A stretch of DNA of 64,000 bases from Phoronis australis (lineage: Eukaryota > Animalia > Phoronida), in NCBI GenBank assembly GCA_002633005.1, contig NMRA01000098.1, positions 168,384-232,383 of the forward strand, written 5' to 3'. Both the position numbers and the translations under genes were made by a program. The notes under the pieces are model-generated. The model worked only from the letters and a program-made list of their open reading frames with translations. It was not told the origin of the DNA and made no database searches. Shown piece by piece: positions 24,801 through 39,800 of this stretch (within the stretch, counting starts at the first letter, position 1; every line of letters begins with the position of its first letter).

Positions 24801-27800
24801 TGATAAAGGCCTGTTTGTCTAATTAGATTGCTCTTTACCGTCAGGCCTTTTTAAGCTGTTTGATCGTAGTATGATTTTACGAGACTTTAAATTTAAGCTA
24901 TGATGCAGAGATTTGGGGTGTCTCAATTGTCAATTTCATAGAAAGTGTGCATAACGATTTCTTCAAGTATACCATGAGACTAAACAAAAAAATGCCAAAT
25001 GTCATGGGTCGAGACAGGTGTAGTCGATACATGTTGTATACCTATGGGTGGGTTTGGAGAGTTATGGTTTTATGAACCGGTGACGTAGATTTGTTTCTTT
25101 CAGAATTTCTTCGGCGATTAATTGACTGTGACGTACAAAATTGGGACTCTGTATTAATAATTTGACTAAGTATCAATTCTATTGTACTATCAAAATGGAA
25201 CTACAGTGTGAAAAATACCTCACTGTACTTACTAGATCCTACTTAAGATAAATACTTGCTCGTTTTAGGTGCTCAATGCACAAGCCTTATATTGAAACGT
25301 GGGTCTAATCGAGGATGAGAGAATTTGTGGAATATGCAATTCTCGTAAAATTGAAAACGAGATTCATTTTATGTGTCACTGCCCTGTCCTTGGTGATGTG
25401 CACAGAAATTTGCTGACGAATATGACAGTTGATGGCAGTGTAGTTAGATTATTTCAAAGCCATGATCTTTTTGAACTAAAAGCTTGGGGCTACGTACTAT
25501 ATTAATTTTCTGAAGCGACAGTGGTTAGAGATAAAATTTTATCAATTATAAAGCTGTAAATGTAAACTGTATTATGATGCCAAGGCCTACATACTATAAA
25601 TATTTCTGATTCAAAAATGAAAAAATTCAAATTTAGGAAATTTAAAGAAACTTTACCCTACCTCGTTGGAATTCTAAGTGAGGTGCAACAAAAGTTCCCT
25701 TCAGCGCTTCATGCTCCTATCTGAAGTAAACCATCTGCTCGTACCTATTAAATCAATAAACACAAGAGCAACAAAATGATGTGAAACAGATATACTAGTA
25801 GGGATATGTTTGCATGCAGTCACTAATTTTATGCCTAAGGGTCTTTCATACTAACGTCGACGCGTCGATGGTTTGGGGAGTTGCGGTCAGTATGAACGCT
25901 TAACTCCGGTCCTGGATCGAAGTTAACAGCTCCTACCACTTAACATCACAGTTAACAGGTGAATGTAACAGTGCAGTATGAACGGTTAACTTCGGTCCAA
26001 TCGAAGTTATCGCCAGGTGCCACTGTTATCGTCAACAATTACAGGGTAGTGCTGTCACCAATAGCTGCTTATATTTTGGCCTAATAATAACCAATCAATT
26101 TAAAAATAAGTTTAATGTCAATTAACACATGTAAATGTTCCCAAATTGTCACATTGAAAAAATCTTAGCGTGCAGCGCTACCTTGCGATAACTTCGATGA
26201 CGACAGCGTCACCACCCGTTTACTTCGATGTTCATTAACTACCAAAGCCAGTGTGAACGGTCCAGTTAACTGTGCTGTTTACGTCGACGCTCCACTCACA
26301 CCGGAGTTAAGTCGATATGAAAGGGCCTATAAATATCTATCTGTTCATTTGAATGGGGTATTTAGTGCCACTTGAAATTTGATCTCAACATTTTCTTTTC
26401 TGAGCTTGGTAAGAAAAATAAGCTTGCTATAGTTGTGTAAGTTGAAACTCAAAGGTTATCTTTTGTAGATCAGTATTTAATGCAAAAATGAAAATATACA
26501 CTCAGGCAGTAGGGCTTATATTGACATTCTAATGTCAAAAATTTCAATTCTCTTCTAGATTGTCAATATGGTTAAATTTTGGAAGCGTAATTACACCTCT
26601 GGTAAAGGGTGCTTATAAGTGTATTGTTCTGTAAAAATTAATTTGTAAAACAAGTGAATAATATATTTTTATGGATTACTTCTTTCCATACTTTTTAGCT
26701 TATGTTGAAAGATGGTGCAAGCTGAAAGGAAACCTTCTGTTTTATTTCAAAACCAAGGATCGTGTAAGTAGAGGTATCATAGTACGTATAACGTAACATT
26801 TAACTAAGTGTAGCAGATGTTACTATCATTAAATGAGTTATATGTTAATACCAAATATTTTGTTATTAAATGTAGACAAGGCTTGGTACTTTAAAAATCA
26901 ATATATTGTTGTATTTGTGAACTTGACTGCAACTTCGAACTACTTTTAAATTGATTTTTATCTGTCTGATTCAGTGTTGGGAAATCATGAAAAATTCCAG
27001 ATTCGAGCTGCAAAAATCTCAGCTCACTCATCTGAATTTCACAGAACAAATGCAACCTGTAGCTGGTTGTATGAAGCTCTTCCTACTCAACAGTTTTATT
27101 ATGTTCCCACGTATTTATATGTGGACGCATTATGCCGTCATCTCTGTCCGTCCGTCCGTCCATCCATCCGTCCGGGCGGCATACGTCTGGCGTCCTCTGG
27201 TCTATCTCCAAAAGCAATTGACGTATGTTCATGAAATTTTTGCACATGTGTTCCTTTCATGGATGGGACGGCATGAGCAAACTTTCGAACGGATCTGACT
27301 ACCACGCTGGTTCCCTGTGTGCTTAGCCCAGGCAGCACGCAGGTATCACTCAGTGGCATGTGCTTTAGCATTGGTTGATGTAACCCCGGCAGTCATTGGA
27401 TAGCTTTACAACACCGTAAAAAAATGGCGGACTGTGAACGATTTTTAGCCTTGTCATGCAAGTGGCGTCGCATCAACTATTTTTTCTGCAGTGATGTTTA
27501 ATAGCCGCGTACTTGAAGCACATTCATGTACAATAAATACATATTTGTCCGATTTAACCGGTGTGTTATTCATACTATATGAATACAGGACACTATCGTA
27601 AAAAAAGTCATCGACAGTAGAAAGATGCATTCCAAAAAGGCGCTCTCGAAATTTCGAGGCTTTCCTGAACATAAATTGTAAGCACCGATTTGTCTGTACA
27701 ACAGACCACATTAATTTTACGCTTCAGTCCATCAGTCATGCCAGTTTGTTTGCGTAAAGCGCTGCCTATTGAGAATTCGACTAGCCAATCAGAAACGCCG

Positions 27801-30800
27801 GTGTAAAAAAATTTACCGTGGAAAATTAAGTGATACCTGCGTGCTGACGCGGCTACCGCCCCACCTAGTGGCATGCAGGGAACCAGCGAGATCTGACTAC
27901 GGGTGTGCCCCCTAGTGGCAATTTGAATTTTTTACATTAATCTAGTCCGTATCTTCAAAGGTCCTCAATATATATTCACAAAATTTAGTATATAGTCATC
28001 TATTAGTGAGACGACGCTATCCTCTCGTTTTCGGATGGATTTGACGTAGTTTGCGTCACCTAGTGTCCATTTTTACTCTTTTCGAGTCTGTTTTTTTTGT
28101 GTCCACCCCTCTATCAACCAAACTGTTTGTAGGATCTTTACTTAATTTAGTAAGTACATTTTAATGATGACAACTAACGACAACTTTCGAACAGATATGA
28201 TTACTGGTGTGTCACCTAGTGGCAATTTTATTTTTTTTTTACGTTTACCTCAGTCTATCTTCAAAGGTCCTCAACGTATTTTCATAAAATTTTGTGTACA
28301 GGCTTCTTTTAGTGAAGTGACTCTATCTTTCCCTTTTCAGAAGGATTCAACCATAGACATCTTAATACATAGACCGGGCGCGCGCCACTCTCTGATACAT
28401 GAAGGTCGCATTGTCAATATGACGTCATATTGGAGAGTGTTACACAGGACAAAAATGGCGGAAAACACTGGGAGCCCTACGGCATCAATCAGAAAATCCA
28501 GGGGCTCACAGTGTTATGCCTGCAGCCAAAGAGTTATTTTTTTTGGTCCTGCCCTTGAGTCATGGGTTTTTGGTTCGGCCATGGGGTTTAGAGGTGCTGC
28601 CACTGGGTTTTTATGTTCTGCCAACAAAGTTTAAGCGGAGCGACTATGCATTGTTTCCAAATCAGTCCTGGTGATTGAGGCCATATAAGATCAATTATAA
28701 AGATAGTTATTGACTAGCATATGCTGTTATACAATGATGATGCTGTTTTTTTAATGTAATTAAGTAAATACTTGGTATTAATGACAATCATATGCATTTT
28801 TACTCGTACTGAAAAATAATATCCTCTAACTTTCTTGCCAGCCATCCAAATCAGTACATCTTAAAGAATAATGTATTCTCTATTGAAATATATAATGCTT
28901 TAAAAATTCATTTCTAAATATGTATTCCAAAATCAGATGTTTTCTGTTGTATCAAAACAAATAAATCCCTGCAAAATCTGTACTTATGTAGAAGTTGATA
29001 TTGGAAATTTTGTAGATTTGCACTGCTTGCTTACGAGCTCTTTGTTTTGCGATTCAAAACTTGCGCAAAAAGTAAAATGCGTAGTAACCAAAATATCAAA
29101 CCTGTACGACTGAATTGCGCAACCGAGCTACTGTATAGCGAAAATACAGAATTTCCCACTCAAAACTGAGTGCAAAAATACCCAACCGAGCCAGTGTAGC
29201 ATTAAATAATGACCTCGTGAAAAATGACCCCAGTTAGTTTTTTCACAAGGTCTAAATTTAATGTGAAAACCTGTCTCGTCATTATTCAACGGTTCCCCCG
29301 CAACAGGTGGTTAGCATAAGCAGACACGTTACCCGTAATTGGCGATCTTTCAACAATGTTCGTTACGCGGATGTTTAGGTCTGGGGGTCACCTGAGTTGG
29401 TGCGCGGCAAGGGAAATTTTGTGTTTTCAATATATGCCGCAGTTAGGGAATGAAAGCACTGAACAGCGTGCAAACCATGAATATAGTGTGGGGGAGTTGG
29501 GCTGAAGTGAAAACAATCATTATTTTTCTAACAGTAACCCTTCATTCAGTTGCCCGAATTGGCAACTCTTGCCATTTTTGCACTGCTCGTGCCAGGATAT
29601 GATATCTAACTACTGAACTGCATGAAGACCAATCCAATGAAAATACTTGGCCACATGTTAAGAATCTTCCGATCGCAGCCAAGTTTTCTTACTATCAAAG
29701 TCAAATTTGATACCATGAGAAGGCCAAGCGTGCTTGAGAGAAGACTTTATTTTAAAATTTTCGCCTGAGGGATGTGTTGTGCGTATATCTGATTAAGGGC
29801 GGGGATGGATAGGAACGATACGAAATAATGTGTGGGAGAGGGGATGATCTCTTTGTGAGCACATAATTACACGGTATGGGGAAACTACAAAATGCCAACA
29901 AGTGTCTGGCGCTTGTTTGGGAGGATTTCAGATCCATGAGAGAGGAATACTGTACATGAGAGAAGAATATTAGTATGTTGGAAATCCTGAGAGATGCACA
30001 GGAAAGAACTGAGTCTGTGTTCTTTGCTTTTTTCATTACGACCTTGTACCGTTGAGTCTAATTTGTTAGGTTGTATAGCACAACAAGTTGGGCGGATGAC
30101 GATGCATGGGTGGTGCAGCACTGAAAAAAGTGGGGGGGGAGGCTATACCTTCGCCAGACCCCTATGGTGCACCGCACATGCGCTGTAGCCAATATCTTAG
30201 TACACTGACGATTCAGAAGTCCATTCTGGCAATTAGTGGAGGGAGGGTCAGCTTTTTTGGTCGATAATTGGTTTAATCTCCAATAAGATAGTACATGTAT
30301 ATCTTATAGCCTCATTGGGCTGTGGTGTTAAAAATGGGATAAGTTATAAAATGTTTGAACATGAACCAATGACATTTCGGAATTCCCCATCAAATACTCT
30401 GATCATGCTTATAGTTTTTGAATCCTCAAAATCGCCCAACTACAGTCGAAGATAAGAAAATCTAGCTATTCTGTCCGAACGTAGCAATGCACTGGGTTCG
30501 ACTGTGTTCACAGGTGATCGGTAATAAGTCTTGTAGATAATTGAACTGCATGTTTTTATACCAGACAAAAGGCTCTGCTCGGCAATTAACAAAAGAGCTA
30601 GATGTTATCACACGCCCGCAACCGTTGTCCGTCTAGTGAAGTCACTGAATGGGATAACGCCCTAATTAACTTTAAAAACTTCAGTGCCATTCATTTACAT
30701 GACCCCAATGAGGTCAGTTTTCACAGTAATTCACATTAAGTTTAGACCCCCTTAAAAACGACCCAGGTCATATTTTAATTTTAGAAAGTTACCTGGGGTC

Positions 30801-33800
30801 ATTTTTCAGACTGAGAAGTCTACTATTGGGGCACCACGAAAGTACATCCCAAGTGAGCAGCACGTCTCCTGGATATAATGTATTTGCATCGAGCGACACA
30901 AATTAAATGACAATTTGAACGATCTTACTGGTTTCTCTTGAAAAAACGAAAAAATAAAATGCTTGCAGTGGATTGACAAGTGTGCAGCTGCTCAGGCCAC
31001 TCGAGAATCTCACTCACGATCTTCCATTAGTTTGACTGATTGACTCTTAAAAACGCATGTAAGTGTTACGTCACATGTTTTTATGTTTCTGGAAAAAAAT
31101 CACACTCTTGGGCCTCTTTATTTGTTAGATATTGCGCTTTGAAAAGGGCAGTTTGCCCCGTTTGTTGACACGGCAATTAGCCTAGTAACACTTTCCAATA
31201 TGGCGTCAAGTTGTCAGCGGCAGGAGCGCGTGCGCCCAGTCTATGTGATATCTATGGATTCAACCTAGTTTGCGCCACCTAGTGGCCATATTTACTGTTT
31301 TTGAGTCTGTTTTTTGGCGTCCAGTCCTCTATCAACCAAACCGCTTTCATGATAATTGTGAAAATTGGCATGTATGTTTTTACTATGAAGTGGACAGGTG
31401 AGGATGATTTCTGATAACTTCGACTACTGTGGCGCCTCCTAGTGGCAGTTTCGTTTTTTGTGCCCATGGCTGTATCTTCTAAACCGTTTGCAGGATCTTT
31501 ACTAAATTTAAGAAGTGTGTTATATGATGTTGACAACAGACGACGACGATTTTCGGATGGATCTGACTACTGGTGTGCCCCTGGTGGCAATTTTAGTTTT
31601 ACATTTCAAAAGTCCTCAACGGATTTTCATAAAATTTTGAATACGGGCATCTATTGATGAGATGACGCTATCCTCCCATTTTCAGATAGAATCAAGATAT
31701 TCTGGGCCACCTAGTTGCCATTTTTTCTGTTTTCAAGTCTGTTTTTGGCGTCTACCCTTCAATCAACCAAATCAATAAGTATGGTTTAAAAATTGGCGTA
31801 TATGTTCTCAGTGTGAAGAGGATGGTTGACAATGACAACTTTGACTGCTGTGGCGCCTCTTAGTGGTGGTTTTGTTTTGTTTTGTTTTGCTTCCATAGCT
31901 GTATCTCCTAAACCCACTGCAGGATTTGTATTAAATTCAATTAGTTGTGTATTTATATGAAGCTAATCACAGACAATGACGACTTTCAGGCGTATCCAAT
32001 TGTTAGCGTGCCCTCTAGTGGCAGTTTCATTTTAATCTGTTTTCCTTTGTTTCTCTGAAGTTCCGTGACGGATTTCTATGAAATTGGAGTATAGCTTTCT
32101 ATTAAAGAAACAATGACATGATTCCGTTTTTGGATGGATTGTACCTTTTTGCGCCTTGTAGTGGCCATTTTTATGACACAAATAATCAACCTAAAAAGCA
32201 CACCACTTGCGATGCATTCGTGGACGCATTTCAACGCTCCACGTTGCTCTTGTTTAACTAACGTGGTTTTGTTGACTATTTATTTCAGCAGTCAGAACCC
32301 ATGGGTTTGATTGTCTTGGAAAGGTGTACAGTGGAATTGGATATGAGAGAAGAAATGCCATATTCATTTGAGTTAGGTATGCCAAACACCTTGCTGCTGT
32401 TTTGCAATGAATCCATTTTTTCATGAGAGAGAGAGAGAGAGAGAAAACGCTTTTATTTACATTACATTGTAATAATACATTGATTAAAATTTGATTTCAA
32501 TTAGGAGGCCTTCTAAAGGTTATTGACCGCTAATAAGAAGGTCCCCTGTACAAAATAAACAAGTGGAAATGCAAAAATCAGTAGGAATACCATGATTGAT
32601 GGACACAGTTGTTGTAATAGTTAGGGTATATTTGAAATCCTGTTGGGCATATAACCAACTCGAGTCATGTGTTAAAATTTATTTGAAAATTATTAATAAG
32701 TGGTTGGTATTTATTAATCAAAGTGTGGGTGTTACCTGGATGACTTAATTGCAAATTACGTATTAGCTCAAGAATTTCTCTTCAGAGTTTTTATAATGTG
32801 ACGAGAGGAGGATAAATTTAACTCGAAATTTTCGAAAGTTTATGATTGTCACATGTAGCAAAGAAGGCACCTGAGACATTGATTTTAAGATTAACAGAAA
32901 TGCTTTTGTTCTAACTGAGTTCTCATGGGCCAAAGTTTGGACTAGGCAGGACATTTTTACTGAGGTTATCCTAATACTAGAAGTACTCATACAGTGTTTG
33001 ATGGTGACGACCGTATTCAGTACATGTCTGCCAGCTCGGAACATGAGCGCGACCTCTGGATCGAGGCTCTACACATCGCCAGCTTTGAGTGCATGCAGAT
33101 GCAGTTACAGAATCTGAGGGAGCAGATCAATGCGCGGACGGGCCGTGACCCTCTTACCAACCCCGAGCCTACTTGTGTAGAGGATGATTCGGGTAGGTAG
33201 TCTCAGTGTACCTTGAATTGATACTGTTCTCACGGTGGTCACTTCTTGTTTTTGTTGAGTAAATGATATTGTTTAACGGTCTTGCGGCATACATTTAAGG
33301 TGATGTAGGACCTTATCGAGAAATCTGTGCATTTGGACAAATGTCTGCATAACACTAATTATAAATGTTAACTTGGTAAAAGTACTGAAAGTAAAAAAAA
33401 ACCTAATAAAATNCTTACCTTATATGGCACAATTAGTTAGAATGGTTTATTAGATAAGTCTTGCCAAACAGTTCTATGAAATATGACTCATATGCATGTG
33501 GTCTTGTGTATTGCAAAAACATGTTGTTGTACAGTAGTTAGTCAGTCCGCAATAAAGTAGTGTTCAAGTAATGACGTCTTCTTCACTCCTCCACAAGCCA
33601 TTACAGACTATAACATCCCAAACACAAAAAAAACAGCAGAGTTAAGTTTTTCAAACTTTTATTACAACCAATTTTAAAACTGCTCTCTGAGTCAGAACTT
33701 GACAGCTACATATAGTACGAGACTGTAACCATAAATTTGATGTCTGACCTCTGCAACACGTGAAGCTTGCACGCGCGCACTTAAGCAGGGTCACATCTTG

Positions 33801-36800
33801 AAACAGTTTTGATTCTAGTGGAGGCTGCGTGGTCACTGGTCGTCTGCGCACCGCAGGACAGCACGGGGCTATTACTCAGCAATTTTGTAAATTTAATAGT
33901 GAATGACTAATCTGAGGGCAAGAGAACCTTTGTTGGGATCATCCGCTGTTATAATGTTTTCACAGTCATTTGGCGACGTGACGATAAAGCTCTTTGAAAA
34001 GGGCTATCGTTCCAAGTATGATTGTCGTGTCGGGATTTAGATCGCCAGGTAAGATTAACCGCCCAGGGCAGTTGTTTGTTGTAATAAGCGCCCATGTTCG
34101 GTTAACCGCCCATCCCCTACTTTAGGTGGATTTTCGATTTAACCGCCCACTGCTCGGTTAACCGCCCTCCCCCGATTTTTTGGATTCGCCAATTTAACCG
34201 CCCAGGGCGTTAACCCGAATGATTACGGTAAGAGATCCAGGTGAGCTCATAAGTGTCCATCTGCGTGGCCATCAGTATGTTAACCAGTTAAGTTCATAGC
34301 TGTCCATCTATTGTGGCCCTCAGTGTGATAGCCAGTTGAGTTCATAGCTGTCCATCTACAGTGGCCCTTAGTGTGCTAGCCAGTTGAGTTCATAGCTGTC
34401 CATCTACAGTGGCCCTTAGTATGCTAACAGGGTGAGCTCATAACTGTTCACTGTGGCCCTTAATATGCTAACCGGGTGAGCTCGTAACTGTTCACTGTGG
34501 CTCTTAGTATGCTGCTGCAACTAGGTGATCATGTTCATTTGGGAGATTTGGGAGTTGCACTTTGATGAGCACACTCTACAAAAATCTGGATTGAGAATTT
34601 TCACTAAGTTCAACTTTCACTGGAATCATTCCTCTGTAGATGACCAAGAAAATGACGAGCCATCCCTTGAGATGTGTTTTCGCTGTGACGGACTGCCTCC
34701 CAATGCTGATGACAGTGAGCCAGACACATTTGTTGCAGTTTATGTGGCTACACCCCCATCCCATAAATGGGTTCACCTGACTAAAACTGAAGTCATTGAT
34801 GTGAGTAATGAATTAGTGGAGGTAGACTTACATGGAAGTATTCATTAACAAAAGAGAGGTGTGTTGAATCGGTTGTTTTTGAGTAGTCTTCATGTAAATG
34901 TACATGTGGTATCATCTTCATGTTTGTCATTAGTATGCTACTGTCACCATGGTAATTCTTCACTTATTTAGCATTAGAAGTAACTAACATTTAGTCCGAA
35001 TTCCAGACAATACCAGTTTTCAGAGCCTTGATATCAATCTTTCTTCTATTAATCGTCAGGTTCTGAATCAGTGTTTTGTGTGATTTTGCACTTATTCTAA
35101 CATGAGAAATTCGTTTCAGAAGCCAAACATGTTTAAAAAATTTACCAGTTTTTGCCCTTGACATTGTGATTTATTCCGGCCAGTATTTTATTGTCGTAAA
35201 GACATCAGTGATGGGATAATTGCTCTGTACAACACATTAGGATCAACTTTGGACTGAGATATCAAGAGTAGTCTGCAACACCAGTTTTACCCGGTTGCTG
35301 TAGAGAAGCATTGACCAACTACAAGATACCGCTGAATGACTCAATATGTCGAATATGTGAAGTTTTATTTTAATTTGAATTCATTCCACAAATTTAAAGT
35401 AAAGATTACAAAGGTTATAGTTTATTTATAACTGACATGGTTTGTACCGTGCAGATGCCATAAAACAACATTAAATTTTGATGGTGTTTATAGCCTGGCT
35501 ATCAGCCTCTGAAAAATGGCATTTTGAAGTTAAATTATTTTTGTGGGCAATATGCAAAGAATTACTGTGTGTTTAGTGTTATGGTGTGCGTTCGCCCACA
35601 ATGTTTTTAGATGAACTGGTGATTGAGTCATGACTGAGTGCATTACACACTGTCAAGAGTAAGAATATATTAACCGTCTGCCAAGTATTTCATGGTAGAG
35701 GTACTTGCGGTAATTCTTCACTTATTTCACACAAAAGTAACGACAAAAATTGTCATTGTCTATTTTTCAAATGCTGATTATCTTGCTGTAAATAATTTGA
35801 GCATTGTCAAATATTGTTTTATGAGGTCTACACACTGAAAACCACTACTAATGGACTAAAATTTTCTTAATCGTACTTTTGTGGAAAAATTTGACGAAAT
35901 AAATTTTACTTGTCCGCCTTATTGTGTAGTGAAGTATTAATTACTTTGATCTAAACGTCAGACTAGATTGTTTGTGTGCAATCATTTTCTTTCACTCTGG
36001 ACCACCTTTATTGCCTTTTTAAACTTTCATGAATCTGTATTTCATTTTAGAAAAACTGTAACCCATCATTTTCGAAGACGGTCAGCTTCACAATGTTTGG
36101 TTCTTCATCAGTCAAGACAAAAGTGAAGTTGGTGGTGAACAATGTCCGAGAGCGATTGACTAATACTGTAAGTAGGAGTTAGTGCTTGATGGTATGAAAA
36201 TCGTCAGGCCACAATTTTTGACCTAGTCAAAATCACAGGTCACATTTTCAAAATCCATCTCGCATTCATAAATTCCAAGTCGCAAAAAGTTCACACCTTT
36301 TTTTAAACGTCGCCAAAATTGATCTTTAAGTCTTCGAGAAAATGTTTGGGTTATGCTCCTACGTGTGGCATTAAATACTCCCAAATTTCAGGTGGGAAAA
36401 TTGATTTGTTCTTACATTCATGTAATGCTGTATAACAGGGTTAACCATTCTTCTCCTCTACCATTGAATGCGCTGGTGGTTCAATACAAACCAAAGCTGT
36501 GGCCCCCGAGATTCCCATAAGGGTTTTGTAGATCTACAGGTCTGTGGTAGCTTACATGCTTTCAAGGTTTCAATTTCAGCGAATTTGTAATAACGCTAGT
36601 TGTCAGTGTAAAAGTTGAATCAGCGCACTCTAACTGACACATGCATTCTAGTAGCACAACATGCAGCGTGAAGTAGAAGAATCTAGGACTGACTTCCTGT
36701 ATGACTGTCATTAAAGTCTAAATGTGCAAGCTTGATAACTCTGAGTCCAAACTCCCTGCATTTGTTTGCAGTCCAAATTTTGCAATGCGAACAATTGAAA

Positions 36801-39800
36801 AACATCCTGTTGAAAAAAATCTATGAATCGTTGCCACAGCCGAATGACGTATTGATGCTCGGGAACAATTCACTGCCAATTTCACAACAAAAAAATTGTG
36901 TGGTTTATACATAATGTTTACATATTCAATGATTAGTTTTCCATGAAATGAAAAGCCTCGAAATAATTCTGACCCCATGCGGGTTGCCACTGTCGAGTGA
37001 TTCGAGCGTGCTCCCTCAGTACAGAATATGTGCCATATAATGGAAAAATAGGTCACTCTGTGAAAAAGACACGTGACCTCGTCATATCTGTTACTAGTGT
37101 TACATCTCCTTCTGAGGCGTAAAACAAAACTAGGATTTGGCTTTTAAACGTTGAGAAAATGCGGGTTATTTTGACAAAATGAATTTTGTTGTTGCATAGA
37201 ATGAGTTTCACTAGCTATGGTCTGTGTAATTTTTAATTTTAAACCACGCGTTCATTTTGATCTGGTTTCAGCACTTGAAACGCACCTTACAGTTTTGAAA
37301 ATCAGTTCAGTGATTAGTAAATGACACTGGGGTGCTAGCCCGAGCTGTGGGTGCTTATTTGAAAATTCTCAAAAATTAAGGGGAGTGCTTACAGCAGTGG
37401 GCATTTATACCAAAAAATTTCAAAGGTAGTGGTAGGCACAACCGCGTGGTTGTTAACCCAAACGCTTGCAGTTCTAAGAAATGGAAAGACTGCAATGGTA
37501 AGAAATGTTATGCAACATTTTTTGTGCGACAAACTCCACCTAAGCATGACTGTGTGAATATCATTACCACCTAACCTATTTAGCCACCTGGAATAATTTT
37601 GTTTCTAATTGGCCCGCTTCCTCTGGAACAATGTTTTTTCAAGTTTAGTCTAAAAACCTACAACATGGTTGACTGACAGTGACCACCCAGGGAGCGTAGA
37701 ATTGGCAGGGGTGAACAACCACCATTTCGTGTGTAACCGTTTCATTGAAAAGCTGGCTAAAGGGCATGGAACATCGCGGAGCCTACGGACCCCGAGCCAG
37801 GTGAAAAATCAGAAGAGGAGAATATTGGTTCTCTGGAGCATCGGGTTTGGGGAATATCGTAAAGCACCGGGTATTTTACAACAGCTGGGGGTACTGGCGC
37901 CGCGGGAATCTTCGTCTCACGTACTTGGCAGTTGTCGAACACCACCTGGTGGCCATCACTTGAGAGGAGGCACTGGCAAATGGCCGGTAATTCGTGGCCA
38001 CTGTCTCTGCTCATCTCTGGCTTGTTGCTCATGATTTCGAAATCAAGAACAACGAGCCAGACTTGAAAATTAGCAAGTTGACCTGCGCGAGTGGTATTTG
38101 AGTTAATTTCTTGCTTCTTAGAGATACTTCTCTGCATATTCTCAGAGTCAATTATGGAAGACTTTAAAGTGGCTTCATTGATTCTTGAACACTCGTTTGC
38201 TTCATATACAGTTATGACTGGTCCAGCCATCACGTCACGAATAGTTTTGATTCCTTTACTAATGACGCCAAGCTTTGAACTGAATGCCCCACACCAGGCC
38301 GATTCAGTTTGTGGTACTGTACCTTCAGCTCCAGTCTATGTTACTGATACTGATTTGCTTTGGTGATTCTATTATTCTGCATTTGAAAGAATTAGCAGCT
38401 CAACAGTGAGGTTTCTTCAGAGACTGGAAAATCACGTTTATGCGTTTGCCATTTTGAACCGGAATATTCTGACAAAATGACCAGAAATTGCCTGTCGTGA
38501 CAGCTGGGTGGAATCCAAATTCATTGCTAGAGTAATCTTTACTTGTGACTGAGAGTGAAGAGAAATTAAGAAAAAACGTTTACCGTATTCGCCGTAATAA
38601 CCGCCCAGGGCGCTTAGAAAAGTTCGGTTCAGGGGGCGCTTATTATAACCCAAAGCGATTGAAACCCGGTCTCCGAAACGGGTGAAATCGGAAGCTAAGA
38701 TTCATCAAATTTACGCTGTGACGTATATGTAATCTATGAAAGACTTTCAACAAAACTGTGGTGCATTGCTGTCAAACTTTGCTGCTAAATTACGATCCTG
38801 TTACAGAAAATTGTGCTGAAATCCCAGGGCAAAAACTCGCCGACTGACTGCCTCGAAATCGCCGTCTTCGATACGGCGACGTCAATGATTGAATAAACAT
38901 TTTTTCAACTCAAGCAAATTACCTGAAATCCTCATTAAGTTTTATAAGTAGCGTTTCCAAGATTTTTTAAGTTCCCGTGGAATCTGGATTAAGGGCAGGT
39001 TTAAGTACAAATCTGTACAACATCGTGCCATCTACATGTACGATCGGCAACACGGCGAGAAAAATGTCTGGATGAACACACATGTTGTTGTCACGTGACG
39101 TTTGTTTTGAAGTTCGTCTGCGAGTAAGCGAGCGCGTGCGTGTCACCAGAGTTCATTTGCCAAAGCAGAGACCGTCTTTTGGCCAGAGCCACGCAATCTA
39201 ACTAGCTAGATGTGTGTAAAGAAATTTGCACAAGCAGTAGGCTTAAACCAGAGCATGTTTCATTCAGCACTTGCCAGTCTCGTGCTAAAAACTTTCGCCA
39301 TTTGTCTCGGTAAGGCCCATATGGTCGCCGTGTAGCTGGATGTGTACGTAACTATCTGACATTCTGACAGTTATTTTTCGGTGTAAGGGTGTGTAAGCAT
39401 TCACTGTCAGTTGTCATTTTATCGGATATTCGGCTTAAAAACACCAGTTATGGTTAATCAAACAATCCATCTCAAAAATAACGCAAACATGTTTTANATA
39501 TACAGTTATGACTGCACCAGCCATCACGTCTCGAATAGTTTTGATTCCTTTACTAATGACGCCAAGCTTTGAACTGAATGCCCCACACCAGGCTGATTCA
39601 GTTTGTGGTACTGTATCTTCAGCTCCAGTCTATGTTACTGATACTGATTTGCTTTGGTGATTCTATTATTCTGCATTTGAAAGAATTAGCAGCTCAACAG
39701 TGAGCTTTCTTCAGAGACTGGATAAGCACATTTATGTGTTTGCCATTTTGAACGGGAATATTCTGACAAAATGACCAAAATTGCCTGTCGTGACAGCTGG

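Larger units (their letters stand above)
27094..32255 (+). mobile_element. HINE/DINE-like non-autonomous Helentron-associated element with nested insertions
   Basis: 5' T-run, hairpin atgttcccac..gtggacgcat, (TCCG/TCCA)n microsatellite at ~27145-27175, central tandem units containing cctagtggc, 3' gtggacgcat at 32220 followed by a caacg..cgttg hairpin and cttgttt. Confidence 0.7.

Noticed and set aside
28164-28634. 156-aa ORF
   Set aside because: Spans the junction between the HINE and the P-like insertion, so it is chimeric; a THAP-like start ([10 protein letters not shown]) is too weak to call.
37757-38233. 158-aa minus-strand ORF with [10 protein letters not shown], vaguely MADF-like
   Set aside because: The similarity is too short, there is no exon structure, and it sits among repeat fragments.
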